From a virus (taxonomy: Duplodnaviria > Caudoviricetes): 32,374 bases of DNA. Shown piece after piece: positions 7,299 through 16,668 of the stretch; the first letter of the stretch is position 1; each line of letters begins with the position of its first letter. The notes under the pieces are model-generated. The model made no database searches, was not told where the DNA came from, and worked only from the letters and a program-made list of their open reading frames with translations. Location: positions 1 through 32,374 of IMG/VR virus record IMGVR_UViG_3300011335_000450. One strand, 5' to 3'. Made by a program: the position numbers and the translations under genes.

Positions 7299-7450
7299 TC
7301 AACATACACGTGGCGTATAACGCTGTGGCAGAGCAGTGGGTGGTTTGGGCAGGGTCAGGCCGTCAGTACTTCGGAAAATCGCGCCTAGAGGCCATAGAGG
7401 CCTTTAAGGCCAGTATTCCACCGGATACACCGGTCAGGGTGGTGTACTGA
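7295..7450 (+). CDS. 51-aa hypothetical protein (not in ORF track)
   Basis: MINIHVAYNAVAEQWVVWAG...; ATGA coupling. Confidence 0.6.
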   Translation: MINIHVAYNAVAEQWVVWAGSGRQYFGKSRLEAIEAFKASIPPDTPVRVVY

Positions 7451-7546
7451 TGGCATTGGCAGGCCTTTTTGGTGTACTGGCCCTGTGGGCGGCCAAACAA
7501 CCGCGGTGGGCGGTGGTTTTACTGGCCCTGATCTGCTACTTTGATT

Positions 7547-7548
<2 letters not shown>
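7450..7548 (+). CDS. 32-aa hydrophobic peptide (not in ORF track)
   Basis: MALAGLFGVLALWAAKQPRWAVVLLALICYFD; TGATG coupling. Confidence 0.5.
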
Positions 7549-7718
<170 letters not shown>

Positions 7719-7733
7719 AAACTGGAGCAAACC

Positions 7734-7931
7734 ATGGCACGACAAGACGTAAAAAAGACCGGATGGCCAGTAGGGCTACTGCAGGATGACGACAATAGAC
7801 TGAGCAAGTGGTTTGCAAGCAGGCCCGACGCGAGGCACGTGGTAAGACGCAACATAAAGGAACACAATGAAAAGATGGACCAACTTAGACAAGGCGATCA
7901 TAGGGACAACCATGACGTACCAAGAGGGTGA
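7734..7931 (+). CDS. Hypothetical protein, 65 aa
   Basis: GGAG RBS; tail overlaps the next gene. Confidence 0.65.
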   Translation: MARQDVKKTGWPVGLLQDDDNRLSKWFASRPDARHVVRRNIKEHNEKMDQLRQGDHRDNHDVPRG

Positions 7932-8109
7932 GCGAGTGGCTGTGTTTGTGTACAGTGGCAATGAAATCATAAGCATACTTATGGAGCGGGACGGCATGGA
8001 GTGGGACGAGGCCATGGATTTCATTGACTTCAACATAGATAACACGTATATTGGCAAAGACACCCCACTGCTAGTGTGGCCAATAATCGACGAGGAGTAC
8101 GACCTATGA
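7867..8109 (+). CDS. Acidic phage protein, 80 aa
   Basis: AAGGA RBS; DGM..DEA.DFIDFN..TP pattern. Confidence 0.7.
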   Translation: MKRWTNLDKAIIGTTMTYQEGERVAVFVYSGNEIISILMERDGMEWDEAMDFIDFNIDNTYIGKDTPLLVWPIIDEEYDL

Positions 8110-8312
8110 ACCAAGATGACTTCAACGAGGCAGAGCGCAGGTCCAAGTTGCGCATGCAGGTGATCTACGAGGGCGCCAAAAAACCCAAGCGTGAATGGAT
8201 CGGCCTGACACCCGACGAGCAGGCAAGGATCTACATTGAGTGGGACGAGGACAAGGGGTGGGGTCCATTTTACGAGGCCATCGAGCAGGCCTTGAAGGAG
8301 AAGAACACATGA
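8106..8312 (+). CDS. Hypothetical protein with WxGLTxDE...F..AIE..LKEKN module
   Basis: GAGGAG RBS; ATGA coupling. Confidence 0.7.
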   Translation: MNQDDFNEAERRSKLRMQVIYEGAKKPKREWIGLTPDEQARIYIEWDEDKGWGPFYEAIEQALKEKNT

Positions 8313-8530
8313 AGGTGAAAGAACTAATTGCCCAACTGCAGACCTACGACCCCGACCTCATGGTGGTTGTGTCAGGGTACGAGGGTGGCGTGGAGGAGGC
8401 AGGGCACACCAGTGAGCACACCATAGCACTCAATGTCCACGAGGACTGGTATTATGGACCCCACGAGTTGATCAACGAGGAGGACCGGCACGAAGGCCAC
8501 GAGCGCGTGCAGGCCGTTTACGTACGATAG
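8309..8530 (+). CDS. Hypothetical protein, 73 aa
   Basis: AAGGAG RBS; MKVKELIAQLQ start. Confidence 0.7.
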   Translation: MKVKELIAQLQTYDPDLMVVVSGYEGGVEEAGHTSEHTIALNVHEDWYYGPHELINEEDRHEGHERVQAVYVR

Positions 8531-8541
8531 GAGAAGAACAC

Positions 8542-8718
8542 ATGAAGCTATACGAAGTGCCAAGACACAGCACAGTCATTTTGGAAGACGGCCAAGAGAT
8601 TTATTTTTACCGCGTCGATGGCGCGTATTCATACTGCAAAAACAAAGAGGGCGACGTGGTGCACTTGCCCGCGTGGTCCGACGTAACAATCAAGGAGCCC
8701 GCGCATGAACCGAGATGA
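8542..8718 (+). CDS. 58-aa hypothetical protein (not in ORF track)
   Basis: AGGAG RBS; MKLYEVPRHS...DGAYSYCK. Confidence 0.65.
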   Translation: MKLYEVPRHSTVILEDGQEIYFYRVDGAYSYCKNKEGDVVHLPAWSDVTIKEPAHEPR

Positions 8719-9103
8719 CATTACGCAGATGTTGCAAATAGTCAACGTGGACCCACGCACCATTGAGATGGTGCAGTTCGCGTACGACCAAGGGGTCAAG
8801 CACCCCGACCCCCAACAACCCAAGTGCAACCCGCACTCAAAGGCACCACACGGGTTTATGAGAGAGGCAAGCCACCAAGCGGCCCGTTACGTGTGCGAGT
8901 GTGAGTCATGGGACCCGTACGAGGCCGGCAGAGAGGACGGGGTGCAGGCCATGCTCAAGTACGAGAAAGACAACTACATACCCCTCACAGCCTCAGAGAT
9001 CGTGGACTGCGCCACAGCGGTGTACCAGTGCGACATGAACGACTTGAGCGATAACACGATTAAGTTTGCGCGCCACATTGAGCGACTAACATTGGAACGA
9101 TAA
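8705..9103 (+). CDS. Hypothetical protein, 132 aa
   Basis: AAGGAG RBS; CNPH..APHGF...CEC motif. Confidence 0.7.
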   Translation: MNRDDITQMLQIVNVDPRTIEMVQFAYDQGVKHPDPQQPKCNPHSKAPHGFMREASHQAARYVCECESWDPYEAGREDGVQAMLKYEKDNYIPLTASEIVDCATAVYQCDMNDLSDNTIKFARHIERLTLER

Positions 9104-9627
9104 TGAGACGACAGTTACTGACAGCCGAACAAGAGATCGAACTACACCACCGGATCGTGCAGGGTGACGAGGAGGCCCACGACCAGTTGGTGGAGGCCAA
9201 CATGGGCCTTGTGGTGTACATCGTGCAGAAGTTGCCGCAGTGGGACATGGCGGGGAGCATGACACGCGACGACCTACTGCAGGAGGGCTACATGGCCCTG
9301 ATGAAGGCCGCGCACAGGTGGAAACCGCAGGGAAGGTTTGCAAGCTACGCGCGCACACTGATCAAGAGCCAAGTGCTCAGAGCGGTAGAGAACAAGGCCC
9401 TACTTATTCACGTGCCGGTGGCGGTGCAGGAGGACCTACGCAAGATCAAACGCGTGGAGACCGAGTTGGCCCAAGTGCTGAACAGGGACGCCACACCCAA
9501 AGAGGTGGCCAAGTTGACGGGCCTGTCAGAGAGCAGGGTTCGCGACAGACTGGTGGTGAGTCAGAGACAACCGGTGTCACTGGACGCGTACAAGAAAGAC
9601 CAAATAACGGAAGAAGATTATGATTGA
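9103..9627 (+). CDS. Sigma-70-family factor, regions 1.2-3 only (no region 4)
   Basis: LLTAEQEIEL (1.2), LVEANMGLVV (2.1), DLLQEGYMALMKA (2.2), RFASYA (2.3), IHVPV...RDATPKEVAK...PVSLD (3). Confidence 0.85.
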   Translation: MRRQLLTAEQEIELHHRIVQGDEEAHDQLVEANMGLVVYIVQKLPQWDMAGSMTRDDLLQEGYMALMKAAHRWKPQGRFASYARTLIKSQVLRAVENKALLIHVPVAVQEDLRKIKRVETELAQVLNRDATPKEVAKLTGLSESRVRDRLVVSQRQPVSLDAYKKDQITEEDYD

Positions 9628-9880
9628 CAGAATGATACAACTAGCAGAGGCCTACAAGCGGTCGTACGAGTTGGAGCGGGCAAGGGCCGACCGACTTGTG
9701 GACGACGCCATGTTGGGCCGGTACCTGCGGCCCTTGTTTACTCGAGAGGCAGACAGGTGGACCATACACACGACCATACAGGGCGCCACGATAGACGACG
9801 CAATATGGAACCCCGACGCACACGATCAACTTGATAGCCTAGCGGCTGAGATGGAGAAGAGACATGAACCGCGTAATTAA
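9620..9880 (+). CDS. Hypothetical protein, 86 aa
   Basis: Coupled ORF in the + strand operon. Confidence 0.65.
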   Translation: MIDRMIQLAEAYKRSYELERARADRLVDDAMLGRYLRPLFTREADRWTIHTTIQGATIDDAIWNPDAHDQLDSLAAEMEKRHEPRN

Positions 9881-10199
9881 AGCCCTCATCGTCACAGGGT
9901 GCGCCCTATTTGAAGTGAGTGCTCACTCTCAACAGTTAACGATCGCACAACTTCAGGCGGCACTCAAGCACCAGTACACACCCGAGGCGGTGCAGGCCAC
10001 AGGCTACGTGCTAGGCGCGTACGACGCCATGACTGGGGTCGTGCACTGCCCCACAGGCATGACACCGACGCGGGACACCCTGCTCAAGTGGACGCGTGAG
10101 GGACTGGAGCGGTATCATGGGCCCAACAGGGGCGCCGACCACCTACTGGCGGCGGTGTTCGCACAACGCGCACCATGCGCTAAGAGGGGGCTGACATGA
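9864..10199 (+). CDS. Secreted Rap1a-like (T6SS amidase immunity fold) protein
   Basis: Signal-peptide-like N-terminus; GYVLGAYD...HCP...A..LL...PC pattern. Confidence 0.55.
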   Translation: MNRVIKALIVTGCALFEVSAHSQQLTIAQLQAALKHQYTPEAVQATGYVLGAYDAMTGVVHCPTGMTPTRDTLLKWTREGLERYHGPNRGADHLLAAVFAQRAPCAKRGLT

Positions 10200-10435
10200 C
10201 TAAAGAAATTAAGCACCAAATTTGTGGGGACGGGTTTATTCAATACCGCCCTGTAAAAACGCCACGTCGACCATTTGACGACGATGACATTCAGGAGTAC
10301 ACGCGGCCATGGAGGCCCCTGACAGACGAGGAGTTGCAGGCGATGTGTGAGAAGTGGAACATAATCTACGGCGGCCACGTCAGTGACTTTGCAAAAGAGA
10401 TCGAAATCAAACTGAAGGATAAAAACCATGGCTAA
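10196..10435 (+). CDS. Hypothetical protein with WRPLTDEE...FAKEIE..LKDKN module
   Basis: ATGA coupling; similar module in 8106-8312. Confidence 0.7.
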   Translation: MTKEIKHQICGDGFIQYRPVKTPRRPFDDDDIQEYTRPWRPLTDEELQAMCEKWNIIYGGHVSDFAKEIEIKLKDKNHG

Positions 10436-10667
10436 AGGCGACATTAGAGACGTGTGGGAAGCAAACCGAAAGCGCCTAGAGCGCAAGCGCGAGACCGAGC
10501 GCGAGTGGGCCAAAGCCAACAGGGACAAGGTGAATGCGTACAGGGCGGCCGCAAGGGCCGCAAGGGCGGCCGAGTTCGAGGCCAACAAGGTCAAGAGCGC
10601 GTACCATGCAGACTGGAAGGCCACCACCTACCAGTGCCCCGAGTTGACATACAGGGGGTTGGCATGA
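10428..10667 (+). CDS. Basic helical hypothetical protein, 79 aa
   Basis: AAGGA RBS. Confidence 0.65.
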   Translation: MAKGDIRDVWEANRKRLERKRETEREWAKANRDKVNAYRAAARAARAAEFEANKVKSAYHADWKATTYQCPELTYRGLA

Positions 10668-10870
10668 AACGTGCTAGAATGCTACAATTAGCAGAACAGG
10701 CGGGTTTTGTCATGTGGTCGGACTGTGACTGGAAACCGAAGGGTGCCACGATAGACTGGTCCTGTGACTACGACAAAGAGTTAAAAAAATTCACTAAACT
10801 GGTGGAGGCTGAGTATGAGCGGGTGGCTAATAGCCCTGACGGGGCTGATCTATGCGGGCGTGGCAGTTGA
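10664..10870 (+). CDS. Hypothetical protein, 68 aa (start revised)
   Basis: ATGA coupling; LAEQAGF...IDWS motif. Confidence 0.65.
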   Translation: MKRARMLQLAEQAGFVMWSDCDWKPKGATIDWSCDYDKELKKFTKLVEAEYERVANSPDGADLCGRGS

Positions 10871-10958
10871 GCAGGGGCTCAAAGGCAACACACCCATGTG
10901 TCTAACGTACCTAGGCTACGCGTTTGCAAACGTCGGCCTGTACAAACTAGCGAGTTGA
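10815..10958 (+). CDS. 47-aa membrane protein (not in ORF track)
   Basis: GGAGG RBS; MSGWLIALTGLIYAGVAVEQ...GYAFANVGLY. Confidence 0.65.
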   Translation: MSGWLIALTGLIYAGVAVEQGLKGNTPMCLTYLGYAFANVGLYKLAS

Positions 10959-10960
10959 TT

Positions 10961-11152
10961 ATGATCTCAGAAGTTGACATTAAAGATTTTGACTACATCA
11001 ACGTAGAGACAGTCAAAGAGAACGACGACGGGTCCTGTGAGTGCACCATTAACATGGGCCCACTGGCGACAAGGTACCTGCTAAATTTTGCTTTCATTGG
11101 CGTGCTCAAAACCGCCATTGCCGAAGGCAAAATGTTGACACCAAAGGAGTGA
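10961..11152 (+). CDS. Hypothetical protein, 63 aa (start revised)
   Basis: ATG just after the previous stop; ENDDGS motif. Confidence 0.6.
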   Translation: MISEVDIKDFDYINVETVKENDDGSCECTINMGPLATRYLLNFAFIGVLKTAIAEGKMLTPKE

Positions 11153-11153
11153 T

Positions 11154-11486
11154 ATGACAGACAACGAGCGCATGCAATACGAAGCCAACCTAAAGAAGTT
11201 ACCACCTGAGAAGGCGGCACAATGGACCGAGGAGGTCAGGGAGGCGTGGTTACGTGTGCGACGGGCGAGAAAGGTGTGGCGCGCAACGCGCACACCCGCC
11301 ACACGTTGTCTAGGGTCAGTCAAAGAGGACGGGCGCCTGACGCCCCTCTTCATTCCAAACACAGAGTACGTGCGCTACGAAGAAGCGTGGATCGACTACT
11401 GTGAAAACTACCAACCCAAATACATTTTTGAAGAGCGCGCACGTGCGGGCGAAGATGACGACGACTACGATTGGAGCAAGGCATGA
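11154..11486 (+). CDS. Hypothetical protein, 110 aa
   Basis: AAGGAG RBS. Confidence 0.7.
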   Translation: MTDNERMQYEANLKKLPPEKAAQWTEEVREAWLRVRRARKVWRATRTPATRCLGSVKEDGRLTPLFIPNTEYVRYEEAWIDYCENYQPKYIFEERARAGEDDDDYDWSKA

Positions 11487-12637
11487 TTTATATTTTTAGT
11501 CCTGAAGAGTGTGCTTCCATAGTTTCAGCTTTTGACGGCACAGAGAACAAAGTAAACGAAGACTCCCAAAACTATTACAAAAATAGTGAGGGACTGTATA
11601 ACCTGCCCGCCACACTGGCTTACGCGGACCGCATAACCAAACAGGTTCAAAAATACTATCCAAAAGCAACATTTGTAAATAGCTACACGCGTGTTTACAA
11701 AAGAGGAAGCTATCTTAAAATTCACACCGACCGCGAAGGTTTAGACATAACGTTGAGCGTGTGTGTAGAAGATAAAAACAACCTTGAATGGCCTTTGTAT
11801 ATCAGTGCAAAAAAGTACGAAAACAAAGAGTGGGATAGGTCAACAGACGACACAGAATTTAAAAATCAAGCCTTTGGAATTGTGATTCCTGTAGGTCAGG
11901 GCGCGATGATGGAAGGAAGGAAACACCCACACTGGCGTGAAGAGTTGTTGTGTGGGGAATCGCAAAGATCAATTTATGTGTTTTACCATTGGTCGGTGGA
12001 AACCAAAGCAAAAGACAAATCAATCACATTGTTAAAATCTACAGGTCCTGACGCGACTGTGTTCGGTAATTTTTTAGACCGGAACGAATGTCAAGAAATT
12101 ATAAACCACGCAAGCGCCAAGTTAGTTGCGTCGCAAGTGGTGGACGATAAAAACGGAGACTGGGTTTCACACGAGGGACGCACGAGTTCAGGCATGCACT
12201 TTTTAATTGGCGAAACGCCATTGATTCAAAAAATTGAACAAAGAATTTCAGACCTGACCGGCATCCCTGTAGAAAACGGCGAAGGCATACAAGTTCTTCG
12301 TTACGAAAAAGGGCAACAGTACAAACCACATTTTGATTATTTTCCGGAAGATAAAGAAGGATCAGCAACACACATTAAAAATGGAGGCCAACGAATTGCA
12401 ACATTTTTAATGTACCTGAACACGCCCGAAAGTGGGGGCGCAACTATTTTTCCTGACGCGGGGTTAGAAGTTCATGCACGAGAGGGCAACGCTTTATTGT
12501 TTAGATACAACACACCAACAGAAGACACCAAAACGCTTCATGGTGGCACACCAGTAGAAGCCGGTGTTAAATGGGTGGCCACAAAATGGTTACGTGTTAA
12601 TGAGTTTAAGGAGCAAGCAAATGAAAGCAATACTTGA
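11483..12637 (+). CDS. Tandem 2OG-Fe(II) dioxygenase; C-terminal domain is prolyl-4-hydroxylase-like
   Basis: Domain 1: HTD...HWR. Domain 2: RTSSG, QVLRY...HFD, RIATFLMYLN, GGATIFP, TLHGG.PV..G.KW. GGAG RBS before ATG 11483. Confidence 0.88.
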   Translation: MIYIFSPEECASIVSAFDGTENKVNEDSQNYYKNSEGLYNLPATLAYADRITKQVQKYYPKATFVNSYTRVYKRGSYLKIHTDREGLDITLSVCVEDKNNLEWPLYISAKKYENKEWDRSTDDTEFKNQAFGIVIPVGQGAMMEGRKHPHWREELLCGESQRSIYVFYHWSVETKAKDKSITLLKSTGPDATVFGNFLDRNECQEIINHASAKLVASQVVDDKNGDWVSHEGRTSSGMHFLIGETPLIQKIEQRISDLTGIPVENGEGIQVLRYEKGQQYKPHFDYFPEDKEGSATHIKNGGQRIATFLMYLNTPESGGATIFPDAGLEVHAREGNALLFRYNTPTEDTKTLHGGTPVEAGVKWVATKWLRVNEFKEQANESNT

Positions 12638-12827
12638 GTTCGAGTACCCTGACGACGAGGACAAACTGCGGTACGCACTGCACGGGCAGGACGCGATCTT
12701 TGCACTGTTGGACATATCAGAACAACTGCGCCTGCACTACAAGTACGAGGCAGACGGCAAAGAAATAATGGCCAACATAAACGAGTTGGTGATTGAGGCT
12801 TTAAAAATGTGTCAGGAAATGGGATGA
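12621..12827 (+). CDS. Hypothetical protein, 68 aa (start revised)
   Basis: AAGGAG RBS; MKAILEF start. Confidence 0.7.
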   Translation: MKAILEFEYPDDEDKLRYALHGQDAIFALLDISEQLRLHYKYEADGKEIMANINELVIEALKMCQEMG

Positions 12828-13180
12828 AAAAAATAATTTACGCAATCTATTTATTTGGTGCCATACTGGCGTCGGTGGTCGGGTATTTTTTAGACCCCAT
12901 CACAGCACTGGCCATCGTTCTAATCATGCCTATGGTGGTGATCACCATAATGGAAATGCAGGGGCTTGTACAATTTGGGTACCACGAGATGGAAGACAAA
13001 GACAGCGTGCTCGGTAAAGCATCACGCGAGGACCTGACAGCCGAGGAGGCCGCGGAGAAGTACGGGCAGGCGGTCATTAACGAGATGGACGAGCAAATTA
13101 AAGAGACCGAATTAGGTCTCATGGAAATGAAGCAGGCGCGAGAAACAGCGTACGACACACTGAGAGGTGTCAAAAAATGA
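12824..13180 (+). CDS. Two-TM membrane protein with acidic coiled-coil tail
   Basis: Hydrophobic N-terminal half; ATGA coupling. Confidence 0.7.
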   Translation: MKKIIYAIYLFGAILASVVGYFLDPITALAIVLIMPMVVITIMEMQGLVQFGYHEMEDKDSVLGKASREDLTAEEAAEKYGQAVINEMDEQIKETELGLMEMKQARETAYDTLRGVKK

Positions 13181-13213
13181 TAAACTACTCACCAAACACA
13201 AAGGCGCAAACAC

Positions 13214-15529
13214 ATGAACAAACCAACAGCACTAGCGGTTCAATTCGAGAACATCCCGATCAGCCTCAAGAAAATCTCCCGTTGGGTTTTGTGGAGGTTA
13301 GTCGAGGTTGGAGAAGAGTCGAACAAGCGGTGGTCAAAGTTACCACTGCAATCAAATGGATCGTCAGCAAGTTCCACAAACCCAACAACATGGTGTGATT
13401 TTTTACATGCACAAGAAGCTTATCAAACTGGCCGCTTCGATGGTGTTGGTTTTGTCTTTGATGGTAGCGACGGCATCATGGGCATTGACTTGGACGACTG
13501 CGTGGATGCCGTTCAGGGTCCAACGTCTCTTACGCCTGAAGCGCAAGCCATTAAAGACGCAGTCTTGGGGTACGCAGAAGTAAGCCCCTCAGGCACCGGC
13601 ATCAAGATCTTTACACGTGCACAGCTACACGCCGCGCACGTTGACCACGAGAAGGGTTTAGAGATATACCCCAAGGGCCGTTACTTCACAGTGACAGGCC
13701 ACACACTTGGTGGCAACATTCCCGATCAGGAACAGGACCTGCAACACATTGTGCCTGCACGTCGCAGTTACCGATCAGGTGATTCGTTTGCAGACTACAG
13801 CCCACCACTAGACGGGTGGGACTTGGCCCGCGTAGAGACCGACCTGTTGACACAGTTGGACCCTGACTGTGGGTACACAGAATGGTTGGCGGTGGGCATG
13901 GCCCTACACCACCAGTTCGGTGGCGACTACGAGGCACTGGAGTTGTGGGACCGGTGGTCTGATAACGACGGCGCCTGCGGGTCCTACGCGGCAGGACAGT
14001 GTGCGGCCAAGTGGGACAGCTTCGGCGGCACCGGTGGCACGACCCTCCGGTCACTGGTGTTCAAGGTCAACAAGACCAAAGAGGCCGCGGTGGTGGCCAA
14101 CGGCGAGAAGGTGCTCACAGGAGGGCCACTGAACCATGCCAAAGAGTTCTTGGCCAGTCAGTTCACGTGCGAGGAAGGCACGTCGTTGACCACGTACGCG
14201 AATGACATGTTCCAGTACAGGGGCACACACTACCAAGATATTGAAGAGGCCACAGTGCGGTCCCTGCTGTACACGTTCTTGGACCGGTGCAAGAAGTACG
14301 ACAAGAAGCAGAACCTGATGCCGTTCAACCCGACGCCTGCGCACGTGTCCGCGATCCTAGACGCGGTGCACGCAGTCACCCACCTGCCCAACACGGCCAA
14401 CACCAAACCACCGGTGTGGCTTGAGGGGTATGGTAAGGACAGACCAGACCCGAGCAAGTTGGTGTCACTTGAGAACGGCATTTTTCACACTGAGCAAAAC
14501 GTGTTGATCCCGCACAGTTTGGGATTCTTTACGCAGAACAGTTTGCCGTTTGCTTATGACCCTGACGCAACGTGCCCAACATGGGAGCGTTTCTTGCAGG
14601 ACATTTGGAACGACGACCCTGAGAGCATTACCTGCCTGCAGGAGATGTTCGGCTACATTCTGAGCGGTGATTCAACACAGCAGAAATTCTTTAACATCAT
14701 AGGACCGCGCCGCTCTGGCAAGGGAACGATCAACAAGGTGCTCGTTAGCCTCTTGGGGCAACACAACACAGTGGCGCCACAACTGGATGAGTTATGCGAT
14801 ACTTTTGGACTTCAACCATGGCTAGGAAAATTGCTAGCGAGTTTCACGGACGCACGAGCACCGGAGCGCAACAGGGGTGCTGTAGTGAGCCAGTTGCTCC
14901 GGATTGTTGGCGGGGATACTGTGACTGTGAACAGAAAAAACAAGGAAGCTTGGAGTGGTTATTTGCCAACGCGCATTGTGATCTACTCTAACGAGGCCTT
15001 GCAGTTAACAGAAAATTCAAACGCGTTAACAGGGCGCATGATTGTGCTGAAGATGAGCAACAGTTTCTACGGCAAAGAGGACACTTTTTTGGCGGACAAG
15101 TTGGCCAAAGAGTTGCCTGCTATTTTTAACTGGGCCATTGCAGGACAGCAACGTCGCATGGCGCGCGAGGGTCAGCGGTTCCAACAACCAACAACAGGGC
15201 GCGAGTTACTGGAGTTGATGGAGGAGTTGGGTAACCCGATTGGGTCGTTCGTGACAGACGCACTGGACTACGACCTAGAGGCGCATTCGTTGAAGGACGA
15301 CGTGTTCGTGTGTTGGCGCAAATGGGCCACTGCAAAGAACATACCGCCCGGAAGTGACATGGCATTCAAGCGCAGGTTTCTTGCGGCAACGCAGGACCAT
15401 CGCGTGACGGCCGCAAGGGTGCGCATCGAGGGTGAGTTGACCAACGTGTACCTTGGTTTGAAGCTGAAACCAAAAGCACAGAAGTACGTGGACAGTATCA
15501 GCAACTTTGAACGCGAGGAGATATTTTGA
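13214..15529 (+). CDS. Primase-polymerase + PriCT-2 + D5_N/SF3 helicase (P4-family primase/helicase)
   Basis: GIDLDDC, EVSPSGTG, GRYFTVTG (NrS-1-type prim-pol); WLAVGMALH...W..WS (PriCT-2); Walker A GPRRSGKGT. Confidence 0.92.
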   Translation: MNKPTALAVQFENIPISLKKISRWVLWRLVEVGEESNKRWSKLPLQSNGSSASSTNPTTWCDFLHAQEAYQTGRFDGVGFVFDGSDGIMGIDLDDCVDAVQGPTSLTPEAQAIKDAVLGYAEVSPSGTGIKIFTRAQLHAAHVDHEKGLEIYPKGRYFTVTGHTLGGNIPDQEQDLQHIVPARRSYRSGDSFADYSPPLDGWDLARVETDLLTQLDPDCGYTEWLAVGMALHHQFGGDYEALELWDRWSDNDGACGSYAAGQCAAKWDSFGGTGGTTLRSLVFKVNKTKEAAVVANGEKVLTGGPLNHAKEFLASQFTCEEGTSLTTYANDMFQYRGTHYQDIEEATVRSLLYTFLDRCKKYDKKQNLMPFNPTPAHVSAILDAVHAVTHLPNTANTKPPVWLEGYGKDRPDPSKLVSLENGIFHTEQNVLIPHSLGFFTQNSLPFAYDPDATCPTWERFLQDIWNDDPESITCLQEMFGYILSGDSTQQKFFNIIGPRRSGKGTINKVLVSLLGQHNTVAPQLDELCDTFGLQPWLGKLLASFTDARAPERNRGAVVSQLLRIVGGDTVTVNRKNKEAWSGYLPTRIVIYSNEALQLTENSNALTGRMIVLKMSNSFYGKEDTFLADKLAKELPAIFNWAIAGQQRRMAREGQRFQQPTTGRELLELMEELGNPIGSFVTDALDYDLEAHSLKDDVFVCWRKWATAKNIPPGSDMAFKRRFLAATQDHRVTAARVRIEGELTNVYLGLKLKPKAQKYVDSISNFEREEIF

Positions 15530-16179
15530 GCAACGCATATTTTCATGTTGACGTAGGGTTCTTTCCGGTGCCTGTAAAGATGTGCTTTACATCACAGGCG
15601 TTTTACAAGGTGCTGAAGGACCACGGCATTGCGGCACAACCAGAGATGGCGCCACTGGAGTTGGGCATCGCGGAGACACACAGCTTCTCTACACCAAAAG
15701 AGGCTATTGTCGTCGTGGTGTTCAACCTGATCGAGTGTGTTGACAACGCGGCCCTGCTGGCCAGTGTTGTGGCGCATGAGGCCACACACGTGGTGGCGCG
15801 TGTGTTAGAGCACATCGGTGAAGACGTGGAGGATTTTGGTGAAGAGTCTCGGGCGTACCTGACCGAATGGTTGGTGCGTCAAATGTTCACGGCCTGTTTG
15901 GTGGAGGTTGCCAAGATTGCAAAACGAAAAGAAAATCGAACAAAGACTGGTAAAAAAGGTCAAGGAGATGGGGGGCCTGTGCCTGAAGTGGGTAAGCCCG
16001 TCGATGACGGGGGTGCCGGACAGGCTAGTGTTCTACAACAGCCAAGTGATCCCAGTGGAGTTGAAGGACCCAAAGGGAAAACTAAGCGCAAGACAGGAGT
16101 TGATGATCAAGGAGTTGTTGGCGCGGGGGGTGAAAACCCACGTGCTATCAAGCGAACAAGACGTAGACCAATTCATTGA
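15526..16179 (+). CDS. HExxH-containing protein (putative metallopeptidase) with a disordered tail overlapping the VRR-NUC gene
   Basis: GAGGAG RBS and TTG start; VAHEATH...E.RAY. Confidence 0.6.
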   Translation: MSNAYFHVDVGFFPVPVKMCFTSQAFYKVLKDHGIAAQPEMAPLELGIAETHSFSTPKEAIVVVVFNLIECVDNAALLASVVAHEATHVVARVLEHIGEDVEDFGEESRAYLTEWLVRQMFTACLVEVAKIAKRKENRTKTGKKGQGDGGPVPEVGKPVDDGGAGQASVLQQPSDPSGVEGPKGKTKRKTGVDDQGVVGAGGENPRAIKRTRRRPIH

Positions 16180-16189
16180 CCAGCTATGA
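15908..16189 (+). CDS. VRR-NUC domain nuclease (true start possibly TTG 15917)
   Basis: EKKIE...GVPDRL...VELK...LS..Q PD-(D/E)xK motif; GGAGG at 15903. Confidence 0.88.
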   Translation: MPRLQNEKKIEQRLVKKVKEMGGLCLKWVSPSMTGVPDRLVFYNSQVIPVELKDPKGKLSARQELMIKELLARGVKTHVLSSEQDVDQFIDQL

Positions 16190-16668
16190 CCGACGACGAA
16201 GCCCACGAGGCTAAAAAACGAATCCACGTTGCCAAAACAATGTACAACATTAAACGGCGCGCCACTGCCGCAGGTATTCCATTTGAGTTGGATCACAACT
16301 ACCTGTGTGCAATCGCGCCGGATTACTGTCCAGTGTTTAAGACCAAAATCCTTTGGGGTTTTGGGCAATCGGGCACTGTGGGATCGAGCGGCCCCGATTC
16401 ACCAAGCTTAGACAAAATCATTCCTGAAAAGGGCTACGTGAAAGGCAACGTCGCATGGTTAAGCAACAGAGCAAACATGATCAAGTCCAACGCAACACAA
16501 GAGGATCTGTACAAGGTTGCGGACTGGACACACGAAAAGATAAAGGAGGTAAATAATGGAGGTGCACGACCGCCCCCACTTGGCGACCCTGCAAATACCT
16601 ACATCACTCGCCCCACGCGTCATCGCATTGTTAACGACGTTACAGCAAGGGAAAGAGCAGGCTATTGA
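16186..16668 (+). CDS. HNH-like endonuclease
   Basis: KRRA...IPF.L...CPVF...SPSLDKI.PEKGYVKGNV.W.S.RAN.IK. Confidence 0.7.
   Translation: MTDDEAHEAKKRIHVAKTMYNIKRRATAAGIPFELDHNYLCAIAPDYCPVFKTKILWGFGQSGTVGSSGPDSPSLDKIIPEKGYVKGNVAWLSNRANMIKSNATQEDLYKVADWTHEKIKEVNNGGARPPPLGDPANTYITRPTRHRIVNDVTARERAGY

Noticed and set aside
1100-7500. Apparent GGCC enrichment in the early region
   Set aside because: Not quantified; plausibly explained by GCC/GGC codon preference
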